From: a virus
Taxonomy: Duplodnaviria > Caudoviricetes
Reading direction: 5' to 3' (one strand)
DNA: 53,921 nt
Virus record (IMG/VR): IMGVR_UViG_3300024529_000001
Location: 1-53,921 of that record
Part shown: positions 8,889 through 17,942 of the stretch, piece after piece
Numbering within the stretch: position 1 is the first letter of the stretch
How the letters are laid out: each line of letters begins with the position of its first letter
The notes under the pieces: model-generated
What the model was told of the DNA's origin: nothing
What the model saw: only the letters and a program-made list of their open reading frames with translations
The model's database searches: none
Made by a program: the position numbers and the translations under genes

Positions 8889-10134
8889 AATAGATTCAAT
8901 TATTTATATAAAAACTATGAAACCGCCAAATCATAATGATGAATTTCATGAGCATACTTATAGAAATGGTAGATATGAAAGAGTAAAATTTACCAATATA
9001 GGATATTTTGAAAGAAAAATAAGTTTTGATAATTTATCTAGTATTGTATCTTCAGATGAATATATACCAAAAGATAATGATAAATTATTTTTTAGTGAAG
9101 GATGTACAATACCAAGACATAAAGTTAGAAATTGGGGTAAAGAAAAGAACATTACAATAACTGTAAAACCTGAAAAATCAAATGTATCAATTGTATCAAA
9201 AAGTTTTTTTAATAGTGTTATAGATCATAGTTTAACTTATCGCACTATTCTTTTAGATAAACAGAAATATATTGATTTTATAAAATTTAATTATGATACA
9301 GATGCTATTAATATTTTAATAGATAAAATTAAAGCTACAAGTTCAAAATATGTTTTAGTTGCATATAATTGGGATGATAACGTTATGATGTTAGGACATC
9401 GTTATGAAAATAAAGATTTATTTAGTCATTATTATAATAATTATCAATTTTCAGATATTGAATTACATGAAAAACAAGTTAAGAGTACATATTGTAATAT
9501 GTATGAAAATAATGAGTTTGATACTTATCAAGATAAAACTAAATTAAAATATGTAATATTTGATGATAACTTTTTAAAAATGAAATCATTAAATAAAATT
9601 TTAAATATAAGTCCTAATAATACTATAATATTTGATACAGTATTAATTGATGTTGTTAACCAAGACTCTATAACAATTGATAAAGAAATGTTTGAAGGAA
9701 TAAGAAACATGTTTAATAGTGAAGACAAAAAAAATCATTTAATAGCTTTAGAAATATTAGCTAATTGTAATTATAAAACATCTTTACATAAAATATTATT
9801 AATATTTAGAGAATTCGCTCCTATAAAAATAAATAATATGAGAGAAAAATCACATGTTAATTTTAAAAGTCTAATAAAATTTATAAATATTAATGATTGG
9901 TATTATCCTTCATATGATGATATTATTAATTCTTTAATGGATAAAAATTATTTAACTAAAGAAATATTAAGTGAAATATCAATTCTTGCAAAAAAAGAAA
10001 TGGAAGAACGCTTAAGAAATCACGGATATCAAGTTTTTGAAATTAAAAATATAACATTATCTAATAAAGTAAAAAGATACTTTGGACATGATATACCTTA
10101 TTCAGAAAAAGAAATGCTAGAAAATAAAATATGA
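8872..10134 (+). CDS. hypothetical protein with BRCT-like segment (paralog B)
   Basis: DKLFFSEGCTIP...NITITVKPEKSNVSIVS; C-terminal helical motif shared with paralog A. Confidence 0.6.
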   Translation: MKKMIKIDSIIYIKTMKPPNHNDEFHEHTYRNGRYERVKFTNIGYFERKISFDNLSSIVSSDEYIPKDNDKLFFSEGCTIPRHKVRNWGKEKNITITVKPEKSNVSIVSKSFFNSVIDHSLTYRTILLDKQKYIDFIKFNYDTDAINILIDKIKATSSKYVLVAYNWDDNVMMLGHRYENKDLFSHYYNNYQFSDIELHEKQVKSTYCNMYENNEFDTYQDKTKLKYVIFDDNFLKMKSLNKILNISPNNTIIFDTVLIDVVNQDSITIDKEMFEGIRNMFNSEDKKNHLIALEILANCNYKTSLHKILLIFREFAPIKINNMREKSHVNFKSLIKFININDWYYPSYDDIINSLMDKNYLTKEILSEISILAKKEMEERLRNHGYQVFEIKNITLSNKVKRYFGHDIPYSEKEMLENKI

Positions 10135-11165
10135 TGGATGAAAAACAATTAATAAATAATTTTTATAATAAAGAGTTTTCATATAGTTACTCTTCTTTAA
10201 ATAAACTATTATATGATCCACAATTATTTTTTAAATGGTATGTTTTAAAACAAAAAGAAGATAAATTGGACCAACATCTCATTGATGGGAAGTTGGTTCA
10301 CTGCCTTCTTTTAGAAAAACATAATTTTGAAAATAATTTTGTACTTGTAGATTTTAAAGTTCCATCTGGAAACAATAAAAAAATTGTTGAATACATATGG
10401 AAATTAAATATGGGAACAGATAACTTAGAATTATATGAAATAGAAATTATTCAATGGTTAAAATGGAATAATTTACATCAATCTTTAAAAGATGATAAAG
10501 ATCCTAAAGCTTCAGATTATAAAACTGGTGATCTAAAAAGAATGAAAAAAATTCTAACAGATGAAAATAAAAAATATTTAGAATTTTTATATAAATCTGA
10601 AGGTAAAAACATTGTAGATAAAGAAACATATGAAAAATGTTTAGAATCAGCTGATAAAATAAAATCTAATAAAGATGTATATAAATTATTAAAATTAGAT
10701 GGTTCTGAAGATTTTGAAAATATAGATGTTCATAATGAACTTAAAATAGAGGGTTATTCTGATTATTTTGAATGTAATATAAAAGGTATAATAGATAATT
10801 TAGTTATTGATTATAAAAATAAATATGTATATATAAATGATGTTAAAACATCAGGTAAAACATTATTAGAATTTGAAGACACAGTAGAATACTATAAATA
10901 TTGGGTTCAAATGGCAATTTATGAAGAACTTGTAAAAATATATTTAAAAAATAAATCTTTAAACTTTAATAAGTTAAAAATTATTTCTACTTTTATAGTA
11001 ATTGACAAATATCAAAATGTTTACCCATTTGAAGTTTGTGGATCATCTATAGAAAAATGGAAACATAAAACTAAAATAAATGTAATTGATAAAGCAAAGT
11101 ACCATTATAATGAAAAAAATTATTCATTACCATATGAATTTTTAATAGAGAAAGTAATACTTTAA
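10131..11165 (+). CDS. PD-(D/E)xK exonuclease (RecE/DUF3799-like)
   Basis: SYSSLN, GKLVHCLLLE, E...KGIIDNL...INDVKT, Y..QMAIY. Confidence 0.82.
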   Translation: MMDEKQLINNFYNKEFSYSYSSLNKLLYDPQLFFKWYVLKQKEDKLDQHLIDGKLVHCLLLEKHNFENNFVLVDFKVPSGNNKKIVEYIWKLNMGTDNLELYEIEIIQWLKWNNLHQSLKDDKDPKASDYKTGDLKRMKKILTDENKKYLEFLYKSEGKNIVDKETYEKCLESADKIKSNKDVYKLLKLDGSEDFENIDVHNELKIEGYSDYFECNIKGIIDNLVIDYKNKYVYINDVKTSGKTLLEFEDTVEYYKYWVQMAIYEELVKIYLKNKSLNFNKLKIISTFIVIDKYQNVYPFEVCGSSIEKWKHKTKINVIDKAKYHYNEKNYSLPYEFLIEKVIL

Positions 11166-11176
11166 ACTATCAACTT

Positions 11177-11755
11177 ATGGAAGAAAATATTATTGAATTG
11201 TATAATGCATATTTCCAAAAATCAAGGGTATTTTTATACCCTTATTTGGAAATAAAAAGAGGTACTAAAATTGTACCTATAGAAACATATGTTTCTTGGA
11301 AAAATAAAATTGAATATTATGAAAATCAATTTATATGTTTATATGAAATAAATAAAACTACAAAATTTCAAAATTTTGAAAATATTTATTTATTAGGAAA
11401 TAAACATTTTAATTCTTTTTATCAAATTGATGAAAATAAAGGTATTTATACATTTAATTTTGAAAAATCAGATTGGAAACATTTTTTATCAGGAAGATAT
11501 TCTTTATTATCTAGAAAGTTAAAAACTAAAATATTAACTTTTTATAAAAATAATCCTAATATAGATAATGTAAAAAGTTATTTATATCCTGAAGAATATT
11601 ATCAAGCATACTCTGAATTACTATCAACAAGCACTAATGAAAAAGATAAATTAAGTAAAATAATAATGGATGTTGGAGAATTATGTGATAAACCTGATTT
11701 AAAAAAAGAACAACTAATTTTAACTCCTAAAACTTTGAAGTTACAAGATATATGA
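11177..11755 (+). CDS. hypothetical protein
   Basis: 192-aa ORF in operon context. Confidence 0.75.
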   Translation: MEENIIELYNAYFQKSRVFLYPYLEIKRGTKIVPIETYVSWKNKIEYYENQFICLYEINKTTKFQNFENIYLLGNKHFNSFYQIDENKGIYTFNFEKSDWKHFLSGRYSLLSRKLKTKILTFYKNNPNIDNVKSYLYPEEYYQAYSELLSTSTNEKDKLSKIIMDVGELCDKPDLKKEQLILTPKTLKLQDI

Positions 11756-11784
11756 TTAATTTAGTAAAAATTAAAAACTAACTT

Positions 11785-12234
11785 ATGTCTGAAAAAACAA
11801 AAAAATGGGGAAAGGAATCTATGTTACTTGTTACAGGTAATTATGGTCCTACTTTAACATTTAAATTAATGCCTGTATCATTAGATTCACCTTATATTGA
11901 AGCTATTTTTAATCCAATGGCTAAAGTATTAGCAATAATCGGAACTAGAAAAAAAGATGTTTTTCATATGATTGAAAGACTTGATGAAAATGGTGATCCA
12001 AAAATGAGAAAAGCAAAAATTACAAAAGATGAACCTCATCAGAAACAAAGAGTTTCAGTAGAAAGTTATAGTGAATACTATATTACTGAAAGAGATGAAA
12101 TTGATGATTTCATAACTAATATTGCTGTTAATCATAATAGTTTTGATTATAAAAAATATCTTGATTTAAAAACTATGGAAAGTCCTAATCTTTTAGGAAC
12201 TACACCTCCTCCAGTTGATTTAATTAAAGTTTAA
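11785..12234 (+). CDS. hypothetical protein
   Basis: 149-aa ORF followed by a terminator. Confidence 0.75.
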   Translation: MSEKTKKWGKESMLLVTGNYGPTLTFKLMPVSLDSPYIEAIFNPMAKVLAIIGTRKKDVFHMIERLDENGDPKMRKAKITKDEPHQKQRVSVESYSEYYITERDEIDDFITNIAVNHNSFDYKKYLDLKTMESPNLLGTTPPPVDLIKV

Positions 12235-12254
12235 TAAAGTTAATTCTTTATTAT

Positions 12255-12281
12255 AAGCACGGATAGTCCGTGCTTTTTTTT
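12255..12281 (+). terminator. intrinsic terminator
   Basis: AAGCACGGA-tag-TCCGTGCTT perfect stem running into a T-tract. Confidence 0.85.
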
Positions 12282-12306
12282 GCTCTAATTTTTAAAAATT
12301 AAAAAT

Positions 12307-12651
12307 ATGAAACCAATAATGAATATACTTACACGTCAAAATTTTGAATCAATGCAATTAGCAGGTCAAATATTAAATATTCCTACTTCAAAAATTAAAG
12401 AAAGTGCTGATAATAATAAAATTATTTTAATAAAAAAGAAAAAATATTTGTTTAAATATTCTACTATTACTGAAACAAGAAATTTTAAAGTAAGAAGATT
12501 TACTTTTGGTAAATACAAAAATAAACTTATAAAAAAATGTGATGATCTTTCTTATTTAGAATGGTATATTAAATTACCAATATTAAATGCACAGTTTAAA
12601 CATGCAATTAAAACTAGAATAAAAGATCTTAAAACAAAAAAAAATGACTAA
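12307..12651 (+). CDS. NUMOD1-like HTH fused to a DUF3820/ExoX-C-terminal-like domain
   Basis: N-terminal ILTRQNFESMQLAGQILNIPTSKI; C-terminal FTFGKYKNK...DLSYLEWY. Confidence 0.55.
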   Translation: MKPIMNILTRQNFESMQLAGQILNIPTSKIKESADNNKIILIKKKKYLFKYSTITETRNFKVRRFTFGKYKNKLIKKCDDLSYLEWYIKLPILNAQFKHAIKTRIKDLKTKKND

Positions 12652-14629
12652 CCATTGGGTAATGGATTATGAAACTATGGCCAATTGTTTTGTAGCTGTA
12701 TTTGAGCATTATAAAACAGATGAACAAAAAATTTTTGTAATACATGAAAAAACAAATGATTTTAATGACTTTATAACTTTTTTAGAAAAAAATATATTTA
12801 ACAAAGAAAGACATATTTCATATAATGGTCTTGGATTTGATGCACAAATAACTGAATACATGTTAGCTGCAAAAGATGAATGGTCAGAATATAATGCAAA
12901 AGAAATAACGTATGAAGTATATAAATTAGCACAACATGTTATAAATAAGCAATCAAGTCGTGAATGGCTAGATTATTATGAGTATAATATGCAAATACCT
13001 CAATTAGATGTTTTTAAACTAAATCATTGGGATAATGCAGCTAAAAGATCAAGTCTTAAATGGATTCAGTTCTCAATGAGATGGAAAAATTTACAAGACA
13101 TGCCTTTACATCATGGTGATCCTATTTATAAAAAAGAAGATTTAGATATGATAATTGATTATTGTATTAATGATGTTAAGTCTACTAAAGAAATATTTAA
13201 AAGGTCAATTGATCAAATTAAATTGAGAAAATCTTTAACAACTGAATATAAGATAAATTTATATAATGCTTCAGAACCAAAAATTTCTAAAGAATTATTT
13301 TTATATTTTTTAACCAAAAAAACTGGTTGGAAAAAAACTGATATAAAATATTCTAGTACACAAAGATCAACAATTGATGTAAGTAAAATTTTACTACCAT
13401 ATATTAAATTTAACAATAAACAACTTATTGAATTATTAGATAAATTTAAATCAAAAATAATTGATCCTTCAAAAACAAAAGGAGGTTTTAATGCTAGTAT
13501 TAAATTTCACGGAGTCAAAACTGATTTTGGTTTAGGTGGTATACATGGAGCTCGTAGTAGTGGTATATATAAGACTAATGAAGATATGATGATTATGTCA
13601 TCAGATGTTACTAGCTTTTATCCTAATCTTGCTATTAGAAATAAATGGTCTCCAGCTCATTTACCAAAAGAAGCTTTTTGTGAACAGTATGAATGGTTTT
13701 TTAATGAAAGAGTGAAAATACCAAAATCTGATATTAGAAATTATGTATATAAAATTATCTTAAATTCAACATATGGTTTAAGTAATGATAAATATAGTTT
13801 TCTTTATGATCCGCAGTTTACAATGCAGATAACTATTAATGGACAACTTAGTTTATTAATGTTATATGAAATGATTATGGACAAAATACCAGGATCAATT
13901 CCATTAATGCAAAATACAGATGGATTAGAAACTTTAATACCTAAAAAATATAAAGAAAAATATCTTGAAATATGTAAAGAATGGGAAGATATTACTAGTT
14001 TAAATTTGGAACATGATAGTTATAGAAAATTAATATTAGCTGATGTAAATAATTATATCGCAGTACATGATTGGAAAAGAGTAGAACGTGATGAATACAA
14101 TAAACTAAAAGAAAATCCTCATAATTTAATTAAACAAGAAAAAGGTAATTTTTATCATTCTAAAGTTAAATGTAAAGGTAGATTTGAATTTCAAAATTTA
14201 CCATTACATAAAAATCCAAGTAATTTAATAGTCCCTCAAGCATTGTATCATTATTTTTTAAATGATGTAACGCCTGAAAAGTACATAGAAAATAATAAGA
14301 ATATTTTTGATTATTGTATTGGTAAGAAAATTAAAGGTAATTGGAAATTTGAAAAAAGATGGATTGACAAAGAATATAAAACTGAAGATTTACAAAAAAC
14401 TATACGTTATTATGTAAGTAATCAAGGTTGTAAAATTGTAAAAGTAAATAAAGGAGATGGACGTGAAATCCAAACAGATAGTGGAAAATGGCTATTAACT
14501 TTATTTAATGCATATAAAAAAAAAGAATGGTCTAAATACAATATTAATGATAAGTATTATTTGAATTCTATTTATACAGAAATAGAAAATATTGCAGGCC
14601 CTAAAACTAAACAAATAAAATTATTTTAA
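12644..14629 (+). CDS. polB: family B DNA polymerase with 3'-5' exonuclease
   Basis: ExoI MDYET, ExoII YNGLGFD, ExoIII YCINDV; motif A DVTSFYPN, motif B KIILNSTYG, motif C NTDG. Confidence 0.93.
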   Translation: MTNHWVMDYETMANCFVAVFEHYKTDEQKIFVIHEKTNDFNDFITFLEKNIFNKERHISYNGLGFDAQITEYMLAAKDEWSEYNAKEITYEVYKLAQHVINKQSSREWLDYYEYNMQIPQLDVFKLNHWDNAAKRSSLKWIQFSMRWKNLQDMPLHHGDPIYKKEDLDMIIDYCINDVKSTKEIFKRSIDQIKLRKSLTTEYKINLYNASEPKISKELFLYFLTKKTGWKKTDIKYSSTQRSTIDVSKILLPYIKFNNKQLIELLDKFKSKIIDPSKTKGGFNASIKFHGVKTDFGLGGIHGARSSGIYKTNEDMMIMSSDVTSFYPNLAIRNKWSPAHLPKEAFCEQYEWFFNERVKIPKSDIRNYVYKIILNSTYGLSNDKYSFLYDPQFTMQITINGQLSLLMLYEMIMDKIPGSIPLMQNTDGLETLIPKKYKEKYLEICKEWEDITSLNLEHDSYRKLILADVNNYIAVHDWKRVERDEYNKLKENPHNLIKQEKGNFYHSKVKCKGRFEFQNLPLHKNPSNLIVPQALYHYFLNDVTPEKYIENNKNIFDYCIGKKIKGNWKFEKRWIDKEYKTEDLQKTIRYYVSNQGCKIVKVNKGDGREIQTDSGKWLLTLFNAYKKKEWSKYNINDKYYLNSIYTEIENIAGPKTKQIKLF

Positions 14630-14630
14630 A

Positions 14631-16052
14631 ATGCCAACAAAAATAGGAAACATAAGTGAAGCAGAAATTAAACAAGTTTCTCTTCCAACAGGATTTAGTA
14701 AACAATATGTAACAGTTCCTCACGGATATATAATTGATACTGTTAAAAATTTATTAAGTCAGAAAAATTACGAAATAAATAAAACTGAATACAGATGTAC
14801 AAATGGTGGAGAAGTAGTTCAGGGTGTATATTATATTAATCATGGTGATGATCCAGAATTAGGTCTTATGTTTGCATGGTCAAATTCATATGATAGATCT
14901 CAGAGATTTAAATGTGCAGTAGGTGCACATGTATTTGTATGCGGAAATGGTATGCTTGTAGGAGATATGGCCAATTATGGAAAAGTACATAAAGGTGATA
15001 AATCTCAAGTATTAAAAAATGTAAGTGATCATATTGAGTTACAAATAAATTCTGCTTCTAATTTTTATGATATGATTAAAAAAGATAAAGAAGCTATGAA
15101 AAATAAATGTTTAACTGAAAGTGAAATAGCTGAATTAATGGGTGTTTTATTCTTTAAAGAAGATTTAATTACAAGTGGACAATTAATTACTGCTAAAAAG
15201 CAATATTTAGAACCTGCTCATGATTATAATGCTCCTTTAAATTCTTTATGGACTATATATAATCATATTACATATGCTTTTAAATCATCTCATCCTAAAA
15301 AATGGATGGATACATTAGCTAATTTTCATTCATTTATATCAAAAAGATATATAGAAGACAATACAGTTACTGTAAATCCAAACCAGGTAACATTAGATCA
15401 GTTAATTAATCAAGAAGATGTTATTGATAAAGAAGTGACTCCAAACCCACTTGATAATTTATTAGGAACAGACGATATGAATTCTTGTCCTGAAGCTACT
15501 GAAGAAGAAGCTAATGAACTCTTACATGGAGTTGATAATACTGGAGGTTTAGAACCTGAACATAATCCTGTTAGTTTAAGAGTGAGAGATGATAAAATAG
15601 AACAGTTTGATGATGAAACAGGTGAAGTAATAAGAAATGAAGCTTTAGATAATTTAGCTGATGAGGAAGCTGATATGATTGAAAAAGAAGAGATCATTGA
15701 GGAGAGAGAAGAAGAGGATGTGTTTAATGCTATTGCTGATAAAGTCAGACCAGAAGTTTCTGAAGAAATAATTGAAAAAACAGAGGCTGAAGACATTTTA
15801 GGTGAGGCAGAAAATATAGAAGAATCTAATAATGATTTATCTTTTGATAATTATTTTGGAGAAGAGTCTATAGATGAAGACATAAATCTTTCTGATATTA
15901 ATGACATTAAAACTGAACTTAAAAATGGATCTCAAGAAGATTTTGATGAGAAAGTTGAAAATGAATCAGACGTTGAAAATGTGGAAGATGTGGAAGATAT
16001 TGTTGAAGAACCAAAAGAAGACAAATTGGAGTTGCCTGAATTTGATTTTTAA
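14631..16052 (+). CDS. DUF932/DUF945-like protein with a long acidic C-terminal region
   Basis: NSYDRS...GAHVFVCGNG and SLWTIYNHIT motifs; the last ~230 aa are D/E-rich. Confidence 0.75.
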   Translation: MPTKIGNISEAEIKQVSLPTGFSKQYVTVPHGYIIDTVKNLLSQKNYEINKTEYRCTNGGEVVQGVYYINHGDDPELGLMFAWSNSYDRSQRFKCAVGAHVFVCGNGMLVGDMANYGKVHKGDKSQVLKNVSDHIELQINSASNFYDMIKKDKEAMKNKCLTESEIAELMGVLFFKEDLITSGQLITAKKQYLEPAHDYNAPLNSLWTIYNHITYAFKSSHPKKWMDTLANFHSFISKRYIEDNTVTVNPNQVTLDQLINQEDVIDKEVTPNPLDNLLGTDDMNSCPEATEEEANELLHGVDNTGGLEPEHNPVSLRVRDDKIEQFDDETGEVIRNEALDNLADEEADMIEKEEIIEEREEEDVFNAIADKVRPEVSEEIIEKTEAEDILGEAENIEESNNDLSFDNYFGEESIDEDINLSDINDIKTELKNGSQEDFDEKVENESDVENVEDVEDIVEEPKEDKLELPEFDF

Positions 16053-16059
16053 CAATAAA

Positions 16060-16085
16060 AAAAGGGAGGTGAAAACCTCCCTTTT
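16060..16085 (+). terminator. intrinsic terminator (potentially bidirectional)
   Basis: AAAAGGGAGGT-GAAA-ACCTCCCTTTT perfect stem with a GNRA loop. Confidence 0.85.
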
Positions 16086-16179
16086 AAACTTAAAACTAGA
16101 ATTCTATGAACATATAGAAAACAAACACATTTCAAATATAAACATTATTTATTTATAAACAAATTAAATTTAAAAAAAA

Positions 16180-16656
16180 ATGGCATCAACAAAAACATAT
16201 CTTAGAGATGGTAAAAATTGGACAAAAGAAGAATTAAATACTTTATTGGACCAACATATAGAAGGTGAAACTGATAAAACTATTGCATATGTACTAGATA
16301 GAAGAATCAAAGGAGTACGTAATAAAAGAACTGAACTTATGAGAGAATTAGTAAATGACTTTACTAAACTAGATACTAATGGTTTAGATGAAAAAGGAAT
16401 AGAACCTGGAGAAGGTTACTATATAACTAAAGAAAATTATGAGAAAATATTAAAGCTTATTAATAGTGATTTAGATTCTAATTTATTTAATTTATTAATT
16501 AAAGAAAATTTAGAAAAAAATGCTATAATGAATACATTATTTAATGATGGTGTAGCAGGAATTGTAATACAAAATGCAATTGATGCTGCAAAAGCAATTA
16601 CAAATGATGACATTGAAAAAAGAAAAATAGAACTTAATGATTCAAAAAGTAACTAG
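16180..16656 (+). CDS. hypothetical protein with N-terminal Myb/SANT-like HTH
   Basis: GKNWTKEELNTL...IAYVLDRRIKGVRNKR. Confidence 0.6.
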   Translation: MASTKTYLRDGKNWTKEELNTLLDQHIEGETDKTIAYVLDRRIKGVRNKRTELMRELVNDFTKLDTNGLDEKGIEPGEGYYITKENYEKILKLINSDLDSNLFNLLIKENLEKNAIMNTLFNDGVAGIVIQNAIDAAKAITNDDIEKRKIELNDSKSN

Positions 16657-17491
16657 AAAATCTATGATAATAAGGCCATCAGGAAGGAGTAGTGATTATA
16701 TTGCTCCTTCTTTTGGTTATGGTTGTTTATTAAACTGTTCTTATTGTTATATGAAACGTAATGTTCCAGAAGGATTAAGTGTTGCAAAAAATATAGAAGA
16801 TATATTAACTGCAATAAACAATCATTCATTATTTGATACAATAGAAAAACCAAACCAAACTGATCCTAAGTATATAACATATGATATTGCATGTAATGAA
16901 GATTTTGCTCTTCATTCTAAATATTATAATTGGAAAAAGATATTTCAATTTTTCCTTGAACATCCTTATGCAAAAGCAACATTTGCTACTAAAATTATTC
17001 CTATTAAATTTTTAGAATACAATCCTTTAAAAAAAGTTAGAATAAGATTTAGTTTAATGCCACAAAAAATATCTAGTATTGTAGAACCAAATACTCCTGA
17101 TATTATAGACAGGATTAAAGCTGTTAATGCGTTTATTGAAGCAGGATACGAAGTTCATTTAAATTTTAGTCCTGTTATAATTAATGATAACTGGCTTAAA
17201 GATTATAGTTTATTATTTAATATGTGTAATGATTATATAGATTACAAAGATGAAGTAAAATCAGAAGTTATATTTTTAACACATAATAAAAATAAACATC
17301 AATATAACATTGATAATAATATTCCAGGAGAAGATTTACTATGGAATCCATCAACACAAGAAGAAAAGACTTCTAGTTATGGCGGAGTTAATGTAAGATA
17401 TAAAAGATCATTAAAACAAGAATCTATAAACTTGTTTAAAGAATTGCATGATAGTATTATTCCATGGAATACAATAAGATATATTTTTTAA
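16637..17491 (+). CDS. splB: spore photoproduct lyase-like radical SAM protein
   Basis: GYGCLLNCSYCY (CxxxCxxC), DIACNED, TFATK, RIRFSLMP, HLNFSPVI. Confidence 0.82.
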   Translation: MIQKVTRKSMIIRPSGRSSDYIAPSFGYGCLLNCSYCYMKRNVPEGLSVAKNIEDILTAINNHSLFDTIEKPNQTDPKYITYDIACNEDFALHSKYYNWKKIFQFFLEHPYAKATFATKIIPIKFLEYNPLKKVRIRFSLMPQKISSIVEPNTPDIIDRIKAVNAFIEAGYEVHLNFSPVIINDNWLKDYSLLFNMCNDYIDYKDEVKSEVIFLTHNKNKHQYNIDNNIPGEDLLWNPSTQEEKTSSYGGVNVRYKRSLKQESINLFKELHDSIIPWNTIRYIF

Positions 17492-17495
17492 AAAT

Positions 17496-17509
17496 TTTGT
17501 ATATTTACA
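17496..17509 (+). promoter_or_regulatory. TTTGTATATTTACA candidate promoter element
   Basis: Identical 14-mer on the - strand at 45489-45502, directly upstream of a virion gene. Confidence 0.45.
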
Positions 17510-17551
17510 GCATAATTATGTTTTTTTGCGTAATTATTGTTTTTCATGTTT

Positions 17552-17581
17552 AAAGGTGGCAGAAATGTCACCTTTTTTTTT
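17552..17581 (+). terminator. intrinsic terminator at the junction of the convergent modules
   Basis: AAAGGTGGCA-GAAA-TGTCACCTTT stem running into a long T-tract. Confidence 0.85.
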
Positions 17582-17942
17582 AATCAATAATATCTCCTTC
17601 TTTTTTTCTGAAAGCTTCATAATCATGCAAAATTTCTGAATCTTTTTTAATATTAGTTTTAGTAATAACTGTTATAAGATTTTTTTCACAATTTATTGAA
17701 ACTCTTATATTAGGTTTAGAAGAACTATTATAAATTCCAAGATATCCTAATGGAAATAATACTGCCCAAGGTTTTTGATTATGACTATAACAATACTTAA
17801 AAAGTATATCTTGAGGTTTTTTAGTTAATAAGATACCTGGAGAAATTTCTATCTTTGTTCTTTTAGGTATGTCCTTCTTTGCAAATACACCTAATCCATG
17901 TAAATTAGATTCTCTAATTTCAATATAATCACTAATAAACAT
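17580..17942 (-). CDS. SET-domain protein (lysine methyltransferase fold)
   Basis: IRESNLHGLGVFAKKDI, YNSSSKPN (canonical NHSxxPN), IKKDSEILHDY. Confidence 0.85.
   Translation of the reverse strand: MFISDYIEIRESNLHGLGVFAKKDIPKRTKIEISPGILLTKKPQDILFKYCYSHNQKPWAVLFPLGYLGIYNSSSKPNIRVSINCEKNLITVITKTNIKKDSEILHDYEAFRKKEGDIID

Noticed and set aside
11734-11764. Possible Bacteroidota promoter TTTG-N19-TAATTTAG
   Set aside because: One mismatch to TAnnTTTG and likely by chance in such AT-rich DNA
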